The position numbers and the translations under genes are program-made. The notes beneath the pieces were generated by a model. That model had not been told where the DNA came from, did no database searches, and saw only the letters and a list, made by a program, of their open reading frames with translations. Source: Macrostomum lignano (Eukaryota). Taken from it: 64,000 nucleotides of DNA. The DNA lies in contig NIVC01000854.1 of the NCBI GenBank assembly GCA_002269645.1, positions 62,001 through 126,000 on the forward strand. Direction: 5' to 3'. Every line of letters starts with the position of its first letter. Positions within the stretch are counted from its first letter, which is position 1. This document shows, piece after piece, positions 36,300-60,480 of this stretch.

Positions 36300-39200
36300 C
36301 ATCTTTCTATCCATCTATCTATCTATCTATCTATCTATCTGTCCATCAGTTACTTGTAATGCATGGTGAAATTGACAGCAACTGCAATATTTCACAAACA
36401 CAGTTTTGCAAAGTAAAAAAACACTTGGTTTTCCCACTGCATGACTCCATTTAGCAAATTTTGTTTTTAAACAAACCTTTACTTTAACCAACAGTGACTG
36501 GCTGCTTGACTATTCCAATAATAAGATTCTGGCAAGTCACTGATGACGGAACTTCAGCAGCTGTGCGCGACAGACAAAACGCAGAGCTTTCTGCTTTTGC
36601 GCATCTTTCCTGACAAGCTGTGGGAAAAGTACTTTTTTGCGGTGGCAGTAGCTTTTAGAATAAGTGCGAGAGTAACGGCTGCATCTCAAGTTGCTTATTA
36701 AATGCTTTTGATTGCGGTTGTAGCCCGTATGTTGCCAGAATGTCATTTGGGATATAAGATATATGGAATTAGTGATATGGGATTAAGAAGGTAGATATGG
36801 GATTAGGGAATTGGATATGGGATTAGGAAATGATATCTGGGAATATGAAATTAAGAAATCTGATATCGGATTTCAAAATAAAATTATAAAGGATGTATCG
36901 AATCTTAAGAAAGGAATTATGGGAATTAAAATGGGAAAGAAGGTGATCAGAATAGGTTAACCGTGATGCAGCCTGTGCCATTAGGTGACAGTCCGGTGGA
37001 CCGTTATAATTGAGGAATATGTTGTAACGAAAATATGAACGCATACTTAATTAGCGAGATTAAGTTAATTGAACTGTCCGCAGTTTAGCAACCATCGCCG
37101 CTCTCAGATTCGCGTCGGCTGTTAGAAAGAACACAGGATAAGCCAGACTGGTAGTCTGAGCTATCCACCTGGCATTGGATACGCTGCTCCAGTTTAATAG
37201 CATATTGGTCTCGATTGTCTCCTGTTGCCGCAGCTGTGGCAGGCAGTGCAGCAGGTTGCACAGGGCGTAGGGGGACCAGAATGCCAGGCTGACAAACAGG
37301 AGGCTGAGGTGCAGACCCATGGCTTCAGTCGGCTGTCTCGGTTCTGGGGCCATTTCGCTGTAAGCAAATCATTATTTTGGGAGCGAAATGAGGCCTAAAA
37401 ATGGCTGTAGAGATCGGGTAGGGAAGGAGACAGCGGGTAAGGAAGGAGAGAGCGGGTAAGGAAGGAGACAGCGGGTAAGGAAGGTGAGAGCGGGTAGGGA
37501 AGGCAGAGAGCGGGTAGGGAGGAAAGAGAGCGGGTAGGTAAGGGGAGTGCGGGTAGGGAGGGAAGAGAGCGGGTAGAGAGGGAAGAGAGAGGTTAGGGAA
37601 AGTAGAGAGCGGATAGGGAAGGGGGATAGCGGGTAGGGAGAGGGAGAGAGCGGATAGGGAAGGGGGAGAGAGCGGGTAGGGAAGGGGGAGAGAGCGGGTA
37701 GGAAGGGGGAGAGAGCGGGTAGGGAGGGAGGCACGAGGGCACTGAAGAAAACATAAGAAGAAAACACAATAATTAGGCATAGTTTAAGCAGAAGAACAAA
37801 TTTTTGCAAAAATAGACGTCAGAGCTGCTCACCTTCGCTCCTCCGTTCCCCTCTCGTTCTCCTCTTGAATGACTTCGAGAGCCCCATTGTTCAGCCTTGA
37901 CTGCTGTCCTGTGGCGATATAGCAGACTTCAGATGCAGTTGTACTGTTCTCCTCCGTACGCAGACTCCTGGGACAGTGATGGAGTGTGCAGCTGCTCATA
38001 GCAAGCCAAGCCAGCGTCCCACCGCAGGCCGCAGTGGCCGGCAGGGCCCAGCCTAAAATCCATCGCATCAGCGTCAAATTCGGGTGGCAACTGACGCAGC
38101 CAACAAGCTGGCTATTGTCGTTGCCAGCTAAATAAGGAGGCCTGCTGTTGTCAAGTATTGCCGATGCCGCAAATGCTGCAGTCGTTTGCGCAATCGCTGT
38201 GCACCAAGGCGCGGCCAGAGTCAGGCAGAAAAGCTTCCTATTGTTGCTCCTGTTGCCTGGTTGCAGGCGCGTTAGACAGGCCTCAATGCTGCAGCAGATG
38301 GTGTGCAGATAGGCCAGATGGCACTGGACTGTGTCAAGGTAGATGCTGGCTGTGCACAGCAGGTCCGTCACCGATGCACCTTGAAGTGGGAGAACTGCTT
38401 GTGAAGTCAAAGCGATCTTTATGAAGGCAGACTTTTGCTGATGTAGAATTTCACAGTGAAAATTGACTTCCAGCTTCATTAGAGAATCTCCTTGCAGATT
38501 CATCAGAGAATCTCCTTACAGCTTCTTAGAGAATCTCCTTGCAGCTTCATCAGAGAATCTCCTTGCAGATTCATCAGAGAATCTCCTTACAGCTTCTTAG
38601 AGAATCTCCTTGCAGCTTCATCAGAGAATCTCCTTGCAGATTCATCAGAGAATCTCCTTGCAGCTTCATCAGAGAATCTTGCAGCTTCATCAGAGAATCT
38701 TGCAGCTTCATCAAAGAATCTCCTTGCAGCTTCATCAGAGAATCTCCTTGCAGATTCATCAGAGAATCTCCTTGCAGCTTCATCAGAGAATCTTGCAGCT
38801 TCATCAGAGAATCTCCTTGCAGATTCATCAGAGAATCTCCTTGCAGCTTCATCAGAGAATCTCCTTGCAGATTCATCAGAGAATCTCCTTGCAGCTTCAT
38901 CAGAGAATCTCCTTGCAGCTTCATCAGAGAATCTCCTTGTAGATTCATCAGAGAATCTCCTTGCAGCTTCATCAGAGAATCTCCTTACAGCTTCATCAGA
39001 GAATCTCCTTACAGCTTTAATAAGGAATCTCCCAGCTTCATCAAAAAAATTCCCAGCTTCATCTAAGAAATTCATAGGGAGAGAGTCGTCAATACCCTGG
39101 TGTACAGAAGTACAAGAAAGTCATGATAATGCACAATAACAACCTCTGCGACCCGAAATTCTTATCCCAAACCTGCTGCGGCATCGAAATGCCTGGAGGA

Positions 39201-42200
39201 CGCATTAACTTCCACATCTGGCAGGCAAAACTTTTTTGCTGTCTAGTGTCCGCCCACCGGTGTGCCAGGTTGTAAATCACTGGCGCCCCTGTTCAGCCTC
39301 CTTCATCCTATGCTAGATAATGTCTCCGTTGCTTCCTGTTTCTTCAGCTTGCTTTACTAAGGCATTCATCCTGTCCGCATGCAACGTTTTTAAGTTAAAT
39401 GCGGGCCTACCTACGAGGGTGACTCCCACCCTGCAATGCTGCAGCGCCAGCACTTGTGCCTGGAGAGTGAGCTACTCAGTGTGATTTTGAGCCATGTCTA
39501 TCTATCTATCTTCAATATGGGTGTATAAATCTATTTATCTGTCTGTCTGTCTGTCTATAGATCTCATCTCTTTATCTCCCCCACCACAGCTACCACTCGC
39601 CAGTCAGTGAATCATATTCCAATCAGCTAACCAACGAGTTCCACAGCCGCAGCCGTTGGGACGCAGACGGCGCACTGCAGCAGCATGGCTGCGCACACGG
39701 ACAGCACGTAGTGATAGCAGTGGCCGTCGGCATGCACAGTGGCAGCCGCGGCCATAGTGAGGCAGTTGAGAACCAGCGCTGCCAGCAGTAGAATTATCAG
39801 CAACGCGTAGGCCAACGCTGCGGCTATCGCAGCCATGACTTGGCTAATTTTTTCGTATTATTGTCCGAGTCGATGTCGGCTCTGAAAGGTCCTTCGTTTT
39901 AGCGAACGAATATTTTTCCGCAGTATTTCTTCTACTCCGGTCTTCTTCACGAACACGACATAAAAGCTGCGCGCTCATTGGCTAAGACGCTTACTGCCCA
40001 ATCTATGCTGCAATCTATCTATATCTTGGGAGAAAAATCCGCTGTTAAATTTCCTTCTGGGGCTATGAAACGCGTAATGAGTGTGACTTCATACTGACTA
40101 TTAGTGTCTAGTTTTTCGTCGGAGCAATAAAAAGACAAAAGACAGATAATATGATGGATGACGTCCTTTTAGACTATTGATGTTATGCCACTGACCTGAT
40201 GTCATATAAATAATGACATCACAGTAAGCCAATGACGTCATAGTTAATGCTGTTGTGAAATCAGCCACATATAAGAATACGATATTAGAATGCGAAGCGC
40301 AAACAGAGGCGCGAGCCTGCCTGGGCACAATTAGGGAATATATCTAGAGATAAGAAATGAGGTGGCTAGCATTGGCGAGTCAAGAAGGGGTGGGGCGATC
40401 GATAAGCGGTGTACAGTACAGAGCGAAGGGGGCGAGGGAGGGGCTAAGAACTCGTAAATTGAACGTTTGATACTTTAAAAGAGTGTAGCAGCTGGCAGCC
40501 AGAACAAGTTCCAATACAAATCCAATTACGTCATAGTTAGGCCAATGACATCATAGTTAAACCGATGACGTCATAGTTAAACTGATGACGTCATAGTTAA
40601 ACTGATGACGTCATAGTTAAACTGATGACGTCATAGTTAAACTGATGACATCATTGTTACTAAAAAAGGTCATATTTAAATTAAAAGTAGATTACCTCAA
40701 CTACCCTTTGTCTTAATTACCCAATCGCTTCTTGCCTCGCCTAGCTACCCCGGCCCGGTGAAGATAATTCGCCGAACCCAGGACGAGATGATCACCACTG
40801 GCCGGCCTGGCGAGCTGGTCACGAATCGCGGCAACCAGCTGCTGCTGGCTCTGCTTCGTCGGCGCTACCCGAACTTGCTGCCGGCGCCTGGCGCCGCCGG
40901 TGGCGCCAGCGATGGACTGATCGTGCTGAATTGCTTTCTAGCGAGGGGCCAGAAGGTTCGTTTCATTTTTTAGATACAACAGCAAATTTTTTATTATAAT
41001 TAATATTTTTTATATCAGCAGTTAGTTCAGCCGATATGTATCGAAAGTAGAGTTTCTATTGTCGATATTTTTGCACTGTATGTTATGTAGTAGCTGATAA
41101 GTGTAAAAAGAAAATGAAATCTGTTTATCTTTGTTTTGACAACCGTTATGTATGGAAAAAAGGTTTTACTTTTATGTCCGAAATTGCCGATATGTATCGT
41201 AATTAGTGTTTATATCATACCTATAACATCCGGCGTTCGTCGTGTAAATGACAAAGAATACATGTATATGGATTAGCCGATATGTATAGAAAGAAATAAT
41301 AGTACGATTAGTCTATAACTGCCGATATGTATTGAAACAATAAAAAATCAAGTATACATTTATCTCTTCAATCAGGCCCAATTAACCGAATACCTGGCCT
41401 CAGTTGGCTACATCGGGGACGAGGCCTGTCTGCGCCATCTGGCCAATAGTCGACGCCGCCGACTGCGTCAGATTGGCAATCAAAACCCCGGCCGGCAGAT
41501 CTACCCGCTGGACATTGGAGTTGGGCTCGGTCAAGCCGATCGCGTCAGCGTCCTGCTGTTCCTGGTCAGCTCATTTCCCACTATTTCGTGTATTTTTTAA
41601 AATTCTTTCAAATTTTAATTACTAAATACTATTTTTACTACTTATTCCATCAAGTTTCAGTAGTATTAAATAAGCTTCAAATAAAGCTTTATATAACCTA
41701 TAACTAGGGGTTGGTTGGCTAAAGCTTAGTGGTTAGAGCGTCGGACTCTCGATTGAAAGGTCGGAGGTTCGATTCTCGACCCAGTTGGAACAATTTATGT
41801 TCTTGAGTAAGACGCTTTACTCTGCATTGCTTCAGTTCACTCAGCTGTAAAATGGGTGCCAGCATTAGCTGGGGCAATAAAGGATGTGTGTGTGGCGCCC
41901 CCCCCCCATAGTCCTTGGACTGAACAGCACTGCTCATTAGGCATGAGTAATCAATTATTTATTATTATTAGTATAGGCTTTAAAATGGCATTTTTACATT
42001 ATTTCAAGGCGGGCAAGCTGATGGTGAATATGGAGTCCACCCACTGCACGCCGCTCACCCCGGGCCTGTTCACGCCGCCCTGGTCTGAGCTCACTGAGCC
42101 GGCCCTGTGCGATGAAGCCGAACTGCAGCAGCTCAAAATTGATGACGGCCAGCTGCTTATCTCCGACCCGTCCGTCGGGCCCAGCAGCGAGAGCGACGCC

Positions 42201-42218
42201 TCCTGGGAGCCGGTTTAA
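26447..42218 (+). CDS. ABHD16A: Phosphatidylserine lipase ABHD16A (BAT5) homologue, 9 exons
   Basis: Exons 26447-26515, 26589-26645, 26734-26815, 27591-28012, 34727-34954, 35341-35633, 40745-40955, 41376-41564, 42009-42218, all GT-AG and in phase; motifs [37 protein letters not shown], nucleophile [19 protein letters not shown]. Confidence 0.93.
26980..27546. repeat. 28-bp minisatellite (GTTGCTGGGCCAGCCTCCCAGATCCCCA), ~20 units, in ABHD16A intron 3
   Basis: Period 28; explains ORFs starting at 27015/27043/27071. Confidence 0.95.
28390..28653 (+). mobile_element. Relic of the non-coding left part of the Tc1-like element at 59-60 kb; continues at 34465-34520 after the LINE insertion
   Basis: TTTTATTGGCTCTTAC...CCAGCCTAAA.CTGCCATGTACATT...CTGAACCAATTAGCA...GAACTGAAAGTAGA aligns by eye to 59190-59475. 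Confidence 0.7.
28769..32471 (-). pseudogene. LINE ORF2 (APE endonuclease, RT, RNase H, C-terminal CCHC) broken by two frameshifts near 32280 and 31680
   Basis: APE: LQINTQH, VQEPW, GDVNAHH, IDTTIAS, SDHRFI. RT: [38 protein letters not shown]. RNase H: [58 protein letters not shown]. Confidence 0.9.
32468..33988 (-). CDS. LINE ORF1, ~506 aa (low-complexity ends, central LOA-type/DUF4780-like domain, no zinc knuckle)
   Basis: Open frame from ATG 33988 (MASNRRNQ) to TGA at 32470-32468, overlapping the ORF2 ATG (CAATGATG); domain assignment is from memory of LOA-clade ORF1s. Confidence 0.8.
   Translation of the reverse strand: MASNRRNQPAVDDTVPPASAGAVDSSAIPPATIGDASARPVEPTLSGASEKTPATPAAKKRSTTSGAARRRLNKARRAKEGGSQTGARGQRPAAAEASQSGAVAEEGLEPTEAPAQDREADAAGRVDSPPEESSTDPRASYADAAKRQPAVVILGKDARLSPDQLKQVRSAVDGLLWKQTLKGTPLNIHSNATRDSCLLIWPSDADSGRRLLELLPEQSWDLNLAFCREDERPRTKRHRIWVPARSVVTSADELRKGLLAVNRELPAAGLVVHDTLKRTDGTGFTAILGLSDAWMRRYPHGSFINVGLWKLRIRSYEADPPRGSEQGGRDAEAAGAEAQASAQTAKANRPARQHGRAGKAERAAEGGGDRRPARSTKRRGLYQRAAEAVRTAKISQLRREVAGTPRRTSSSREGGDVPAGPNPSGQGRLETDPPAQAAGCSRALGQSEAEDPMDGGQRAANAAYCLPANRGPFAEEEPMDTGDPDPKPVSAEEEEELLAAATSDLQ
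34217..34363 (-). ncRNA. Predicted HDV-like self-cleaving ribozyme in the LINE 5' UTR
   Basis: P1 GCUCAC(34363-58)/GUGGGU(34269-64); P2 GGCGCACUUCGAA(34295-83)/UUCGUUGGCGCC(34228-17); P3 GGG/CCC; L3 UACUCGU; P1.1 AC:GU; P4 GGCAGG...CCUGCC; J4/2 GCUGA with C at 34232. Manual fold only. Confidence 0.7.
34975..35240. repeat. (TCTG)n microsatellite, ABHD16A intron 5
   Basis: Direct inspection. Confidence 0.95.
35660..36340. repeat. (CTAT)n / (GATA)n microsatellite, ~680 bp
   Basis: Direct inspection. Confidence 0.97.
37060..39836 (-). CDS. Divergent rhodopsin-like (class A) GPCR, 349 aa, nested antisense in ABHD16A intron 6
   Basis: Exons 39836-39632, 38379-37833, 37357-37060 (GT-AG, phases 1 and 2, 1050 nt including stop); seven hydrophobic segments; N in TM1, Cys at start of TM3, W in TM4, WALP in TM5, FWSPY in TM6, YPVFF...LR in TM7. 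Confidence 0.78.
37420..37730. repeat. Purine-rich ~19-20-bp repeat (GAGAGCGGGTAGGGAAGGGG) in GPCR intron 2
   Basis: Direct inspection. Confidence 0.9.
38478..39030. repeat. 24/21-bp minisatellite (AGAGAATCTCCTTGCAGCTTCATC) in GPCR intron 1
   Basis: Direct inspection; produces stop-free repetitive ORFs in several frames. Confidence 0.95.
40525..40655. promoter_or_regulatory. 20-bp tandem array carrying palindromic CRE/ATF motifs (TGACGTCA)
   Basis: Perfect TGACGTCA at 40566, 40586, 40606, 40626, variants at 40526, 40546, 40646, and another perfect site at 40233; function not shown. Confidence 0.4.
41707..41969 (+). mobile_element. tRNA-derived SINE (family A) in ABHD16A intron 8
   Basis: A box TAGTGGTTAGAGC, B box GGTTCGATTCTC, TTCACTCAGCTGTAAAATGGG, GTCCTTGGACTGAACAG, (TTA)n tail; homologous to 10947-11242. 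Confidence 0.8.
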
Positions 42219-43019
42219 ACCGGTTTAATCGCGAATTAGTTTTGAACAGAAACCCAGACGGCGAGGCGGGAAAAGCTGTCAGACTGGCCAGCTGATGTCA
42301 ATCGTGTTATTTTCCTAATCCATTATAATTGCTGTCGTATATTCTTTCTTGTTAATTGTTGCCACCTCAGCTAGTCTTTGTTTTTATTCAGTTGTTAAAT
42401 TTGGCTTTGACCTTTTAATAGCGTTTGTTCTGTCAATCTGTCAATTTTATTCAAATTGCGGGTTTTGCCGATATGTTTCGAAAAAAAACTTGTTTCTAAG
42501 CGGAGTTGATAATGAAAATATTTATTGCTATGCTTAGAAACTTAATTAGAAAGTTTTGTTTGATTGCCATTTATCGATAGGTAGAGAGGATTTCGTCAGA
42601 AACGATGCTGTCTACTACTAATAGTAGTACAGTATAAAACTGTGTATACGAGCTGTTAATTATAAAAATCTGTGATTTTAGCCGATATGTATGGAAAATT
42701 AATATTGTTTCCTGTTGCTGACTTGTGTACTTTCTATTTCTGTTCCGGGTAAAGATTTTTAATCAATCCTTTCTGCTGTTTTGTTTTGTCAACTTTTTAT
42801 TCTTTTTTATTCCAGAGGTCCACGATCTGAAGCAGCCACTTTCCTATTTGAGCATCAAAAAATAAATATGGTCAGACTTTGTCATCCTTTGACAGCCGGA
42901 TTTTAACAACCAAGGCCTGGCTGTAACTAAATTTAACGAGGCCAAAACATATGCAGCTTGGAATTCTCACCAAATTACTTTTTTGTCAGTTATTATCTCA
43001 CCAACACAGGTAGCCAACT

Positions 43020-43340
43020 TGAGAGGCCAACTGCCTCACGAGAGGCCAGAAAAGGAGGCCAACAGCCCCAGGAGAGGCCAGTAAGAGGGACCAACACTAG
43101 AGGCCGCCTCAGTAGAGCCCAACAGGAGAGGCCAACAAGAGAGGCCAACAAGAAAGTCAAAAGGAGAGGCCAACAAGAGAGGTCAACAAAATCAACAAGA
43201 GGCCATTAAGAAGGTCAATAAGAGAGGCCATTAAGAAGGTCAACAGGGAAGGCCAACAAGAAAGTCAACAGGAGAGGCCAACAAGAAAGTCAACAAGAGA
43301 GGCCAACAAGGTCAACAGGAGAGGCCAACAATAAAGGTCG
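43020..43340. repeat. Degenerate purine-rich repeat (AGAGGCCAACAAGAAAGTCAAC-like)
   Basis: Direct inspection. Confidence 0.8.
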
Positions 43341-44009
43341 ACACGACAAACTGGACAAGGTCAAGTGCGTCTTTTTTTAAGAAAATTCAATTACAAATGA
43401 TTAAAACAATCAATCTGTGTAAAAATGGTTTGGATATTGTGGAATATCTACGATTGTTTTTATTGATGTATTTATTGTATTTTCCTGAATATTGTACATG
43501 CTCATGTTTGTGAGCACATTTGAAAATATTACACTAGATACATTGAGTAGTTCATTGTTCTGTTCCAAGCAATCAAAGTGTCGAATTTATAATTTAAAAT
43601 AATATAATTTAATACTGGGTAGAATTTAATTTTGGCATATTGTTTAGATATTGTTTAGTACAAATATTCGCATTATGGTGTCTGCACCCACAGTTCAGAG
43701 CAGTTAAAATTAGAGGAAAATTATAAAATAAAAAAATACTTTTTTCTCCTGTTGGCAAAATTAATGCTGCTGTCCCGGTCTCTGTTTCTCAGATGCTGAC
43801 TGTTATTTTAATGTTGCTGTCGTATCTGAGTAGCATTGTGCGATGCTCAAGCACCTGATGCTGGAATTTTTTTGTTTTAAATAATTTTATGTACACTATC
43901 TGCACATACAGTATGTACATTAGACACCCACCACCCACCACCACGCCACCCCATGAGACCCAGCGATTGCACCAAGACACCCGCTACCCCTGACACACAT
44001 GTTTACCCT

Positions 44010-44650
44010 CCACACTGACTTCACCCTCAACCCCACCCACTTCACCCTCAACCCCACCCACTTCACCCTCAACCCCACCCACTTCACCCTCAACCCCATT
44101 ACGCCCATCACCCCACTTCACCCTCAACCCCAATACGCCCATCACCCCACTTCACCCTCAACCCCATTACGCCCACCACCCCACTTCACCCTCAACCCCA
44201 TTACGCCCATCACCCCACTTCACCCTCAACCCCATTACGCCCATCACCCCACTTCACCCTCAACCACATTTCGCCCATCCCCCCACTTCACCCTCAACCC
44301 CATTTCGCCCATCCCCCCACTTCACCCTCAACCCCATTACGCCCACCACCCCACTTCACCCTCAACCCCATTACGCCCACCACCCCACTTCACCCTCAAC
44401 CCCATTACGCCCACCACCACACTTCACCCTCAACCCCAATACGCCCATCCCCCCACTTCACCCTCAACCCCATTGCGCCCATCACCCCACTTCACCCTCA
44501 ACCCCATTACGCCCATCACCCCACTTCACCCTCAACCCCATTTCGCCCACCACCCCACTTCACCCTCAACCCCAATACGCCCACCACCCCACTTCACCCT
44601 CAACCCCATTACGCCCATCACCCCACTTCACCCTCCACCCATTACGCCCA
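44010..44650. repeat. C-rich minisatellite, 21-bp units followed by 34-bp units (CACTTCACCCTCAACCCCATTACGCCCATCACCC)
   Basis: Periods 21 (44020, 44041, 44062, 44083) and 34 (44114, 44148). Confidence 0.95.
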
Positions 44651-44830
44651 CGCACCGCCATGAATCCAATTTAACTTACGTCTGCAGGCCTCCTCGTCCG
44701 TTGGCTTTACTAATGGAATTATTTTTTCCCAAATTAGTGAGCGCATTTGAAATTTTTACACTAAAAGAGACATTGAGAAGTTTATTGTTCTGTTCCAAGC
44801 AATCAAGTGTGGAGATCCAGTTGAAGTCAT

Positions 44831-57373
<12,543 letters not shown>

Positions 57374-57924
57374 TGTTCCGTAACCCAAGTGTTCTACCAG
57401 AGTTTAAACTCAGTAGTCGGTTTAGTATGGAATCAGCAATCAATCAGTTATTAATTATTAGTTAGTTATCCTAATCGTAGCTTTTAATTTGTTATTTGCT
57501 CTCTTCTCGGTAGCAGCAAGATATGATTGATTTACGATGCTGTGCACGGGACTACCGCTGGGACAGTGAGCTGCTGAGGCTGGGTTGTGCCACAGACTAT
57601 CCTCTGCGGACTGTACCTGGAGCCGACCTCGAATAGCAATAGCAAGGACTATACTTAAGCATTAGTACGATTTTCACGCAGCTCACAAATGATTCTATGG
57701 CAGCCACACAGCTGTAGAATTACAATTACTTAATACCATCGTATTTGATGCTTCAGTATAAGCCTAAAAAAATTTGCAAATAGAATGTTGAACTTAATTA
57801 AAATACCTGTGACTGATGTGTTCATGCCGACAGAAATGTGTTTGTATTTTGAGAGCCGCAAATTTGAAAAGATACAGTGCATAGTGCAATGCAAGTTGAA
57901 AATGGAATAGATTTTATAGAATGG

Positions 57925-58060
57925 AACGTGTAGAATGAAACTTGTAGAATGAAACTTGTAGAATGAAACTTGTAGAATGAAACATGTAGAATGAAACTTG
58001 TAGAATGAAACGTGTAGAATGAAACGTGTGGAATGAAACTTTTAGAACGAAACGTGTAGA
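57925..58060. repeat. 14-bp minisatellite (TGTAGAATGAAACT)
   Basis: Period 14 at 57931, 57945, 57959. Confidence 0.92.
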
Positions 58061-58329
58061 AGACAATCTGCGCCCCTTCCTCTTCGAGAAGGCAACAAAG
58101 AAAGGAATTTTTTAATGTACTACTCGTAAATTCAGCTTTTAACCTTGTGCAGTGTTGCGTCGCGCACTCTTGCAGTGCAAGTGCACCCTGTTTTCCAGGT
58201 TTTCTAATCTAAATCAAACCTCTGAGTCTGAGTCTCAGTCTCGTCTCGTCCCTCTTTTGTTATTTACTTGAATCACCCCTAATTGTGTATGCCTCAGCCA
58301 GTTGGTTTGTCTTGTCTCTTATTGTGTGC

Positions 58330-58480
58330 GATGATTGGCTTGTCATCTGATTCTCGCGTTCTGCGCTGTGATTGGCTGGTGGGGGTCAGGGCCGCCGGAA
58401 GGGGGCGGTTTAGGCTGATTGGTCGTGGTGGAGCTCTCCGCCTGCCTCTCCCCCTTGCGCGCTGTGGCTTATTTAACAGC
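58330..58480. promoter_or_regulatory. GC-rich promoter-like cluster: three CCAAT boxes (as ATTGG), ETS-like CCGGAAG, GC box, TATA-like TATTTAA
   Basis: ATTGG at 58334, 58371, 58418; CCGGAAG and GGGGCGG at ~58395-58408; TATTTAA at ~58470; target transcript unknown. Confidence 0.35.
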
Positions 58481-59169
58481 AGAAATACCAAGTAGGAATT
58501 CCGCCAGACGAATCAGTGGAAAGCAAAGAACTTGCTGATGCAGCCCAACTGCAAGAGTTTAGTGAATTCAGACGAGTACAGAAGTAAAACTCGAGCAGGC
58601 CAGCAGGAATCCTAAGATCGGCCAAAGCGAATTCGCCAACCTTAGAAACTCGAGTACAGGACATTGTAAGGAACTTTTGCCCGAACACAATACTAACTAG
58701 CAAGTCAAAGACTATTATTATTACACCATTCAGCGACTCCACCGGCGCTATGATGTTATTAAACTAATTAATAAGTCATGACTAAATTATAGACTCGCCT
58801 ATTATCTTATCTGATTGTCAATTCAATTGCCCTTTGCCACGCGCGTAATCAACATAATCATCACTTCATAACCTACAGAGATTGTGGGAGCATTTTAAAA
58901 TTTAATCTAATCAGTTATAAATTACCATGATATTAATCGGGTAAATTAGTGATGTGATGCGTAATTACTCGCAATGAGTGTGTTTAATTGGAGTCTCCTG
59001 TCTTACTTTCGAATTTGATAAGTCACACAGTAATATGACCACTTAATTAATTGGGTTAAAAGGTGCACTATAAAAGTGGCCCTGCTGATTCTGCAAGTCC
59101 AAAACATCGAATTTACTTGCAAGCTACTTTCAGTTTAGTAGCAAGTTAAACAGAAGCATTTTAATGTGT

Positions 59170-60480
59170 TTTTAAAGCCAAGGCGCTCATTTTATTGGCT
59201 CTTACGCCCCTCCCCCGCCTAAAACCTCCAACCGCGCCTTTCCACACTACCCCGCCTGCCTTTCTTGGAATTCCAGCCTAAAGCTGCCATGTACATTTCA
59301 GTGGACTGGCTAATGTACATTATTGCTGAACCAATTAGCAAGGTTGGGCTTGTAAACTTATCAAGGTCATTTCAACTGCTTTTATTTTTATAAAATAGTT
59401 ATGTATTCTTCTTTGCTACTGAACTGAAAGTAGAAAGCTGTTTTACTAAGTAGCTCGTAATATATGTGCCTGAGTGGCCTTTCAGTAACTGTGGTTCGAC
59501 CAAGGAGTTTCCCAGCGTGCCATAGCCTGCATCGGAAAGTCGAAAAAGTGCGTCCAGCAAGTACTCAGGCGCCTCAGCAGCACTGGCTTATATGCCCAAT
59601 GACCTGGCAGGCACCGAAAACAGACCACCGAGCACCGACTGGACTGGATCGACGAATTGTCTGAGTCCAACCGTCGGCTCACCGCTGTGGACATCAGCCG
59701 TGAACTTCTGGTATCCATTGGTGTCCAGCTGCAGCCCGACTGTCCGCCGCCGTCTGGTAGCTGCTGGACTGCATGGCCCGCATTGCTAGGAAGAAGCCAT
59801 TTATCTCCGACAAAAACCAGAAGCGGCGCTTGAACTGGGGCAAAGCGGCATGACAGCTGGAACACTCCAGGACTGGGTCAAGGTCATCTGGAGTGACGAC
59901 GACGAAAGCAAATTTTCCCGCACTGGTTCTTATGGCCACCGGTTCTTGCGCCGCCGGGCTGGTGAGGAATTCGATCCCAGGTGCACTGTTGGTACCATGA
60001 AGTATGGAGGTGACATGGCAATGCCATGGTGGGCTGCATTCTTCAGAGCTGGACCCGGGCGAATGACTCGCATTGAGGGCATCGAGAGTCAGAAGTACCG
60101 TGGGATCCTCAGCAGTCACCCACCAGAGGCAGCAGCAAATGCGTTGCCACTGGGTGCAGTGAACAGCTGGCGCTTTCAGCAGGACAACGATCCGAAGCAC
60201 ACCTCCAAGGTTGTAAAGGCATGGCTTGCTGAGAACAATATCCGCACCGGCCAGCGCGTCACCGGACCTCAATCCGATTGAGAATCTGTGGAACTGGGTC
60301 GAGCGGGACATCCAGATGCAGCAGCCAGCTTCCCTTGATCAGCTGTACCGTATCATTGAGTGGGCTACCATCCCCGGCAGAAGTGTGCCAGAAGCTGGTT
60401 TACAGCTTGCCTAGGCGGTTGCAATGCTGTGATTAAGTCAAAAGGACATGCTACAAAGTATTAGAGTAGTTAGTTGGATA
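59170..60480 (+). mobile_element. Decayed Tc1/mariner-superfamily (Tc1-like DDE) transposon; ends not resolved
   Basis: Frameshifted transposase fragments WVKVIWSD(DD)ESKF, TVGTMKYGG, WRFQQDNDPKHTSK, SPDLNPIENLW. Confidence 0.85.

Noticed and set aside
44675-44760. Exon-like KPTDEEACR followed by GTAAGT on the minus strand, downstream of the CUB-LDLa stop
   Set aside because: There is an in-frame TAA just upstream; the only phase-compatible acceptor gives a 30-nt exon that would replace a required Cys; and it lies past the terminal exon. It may be a duplication relic.
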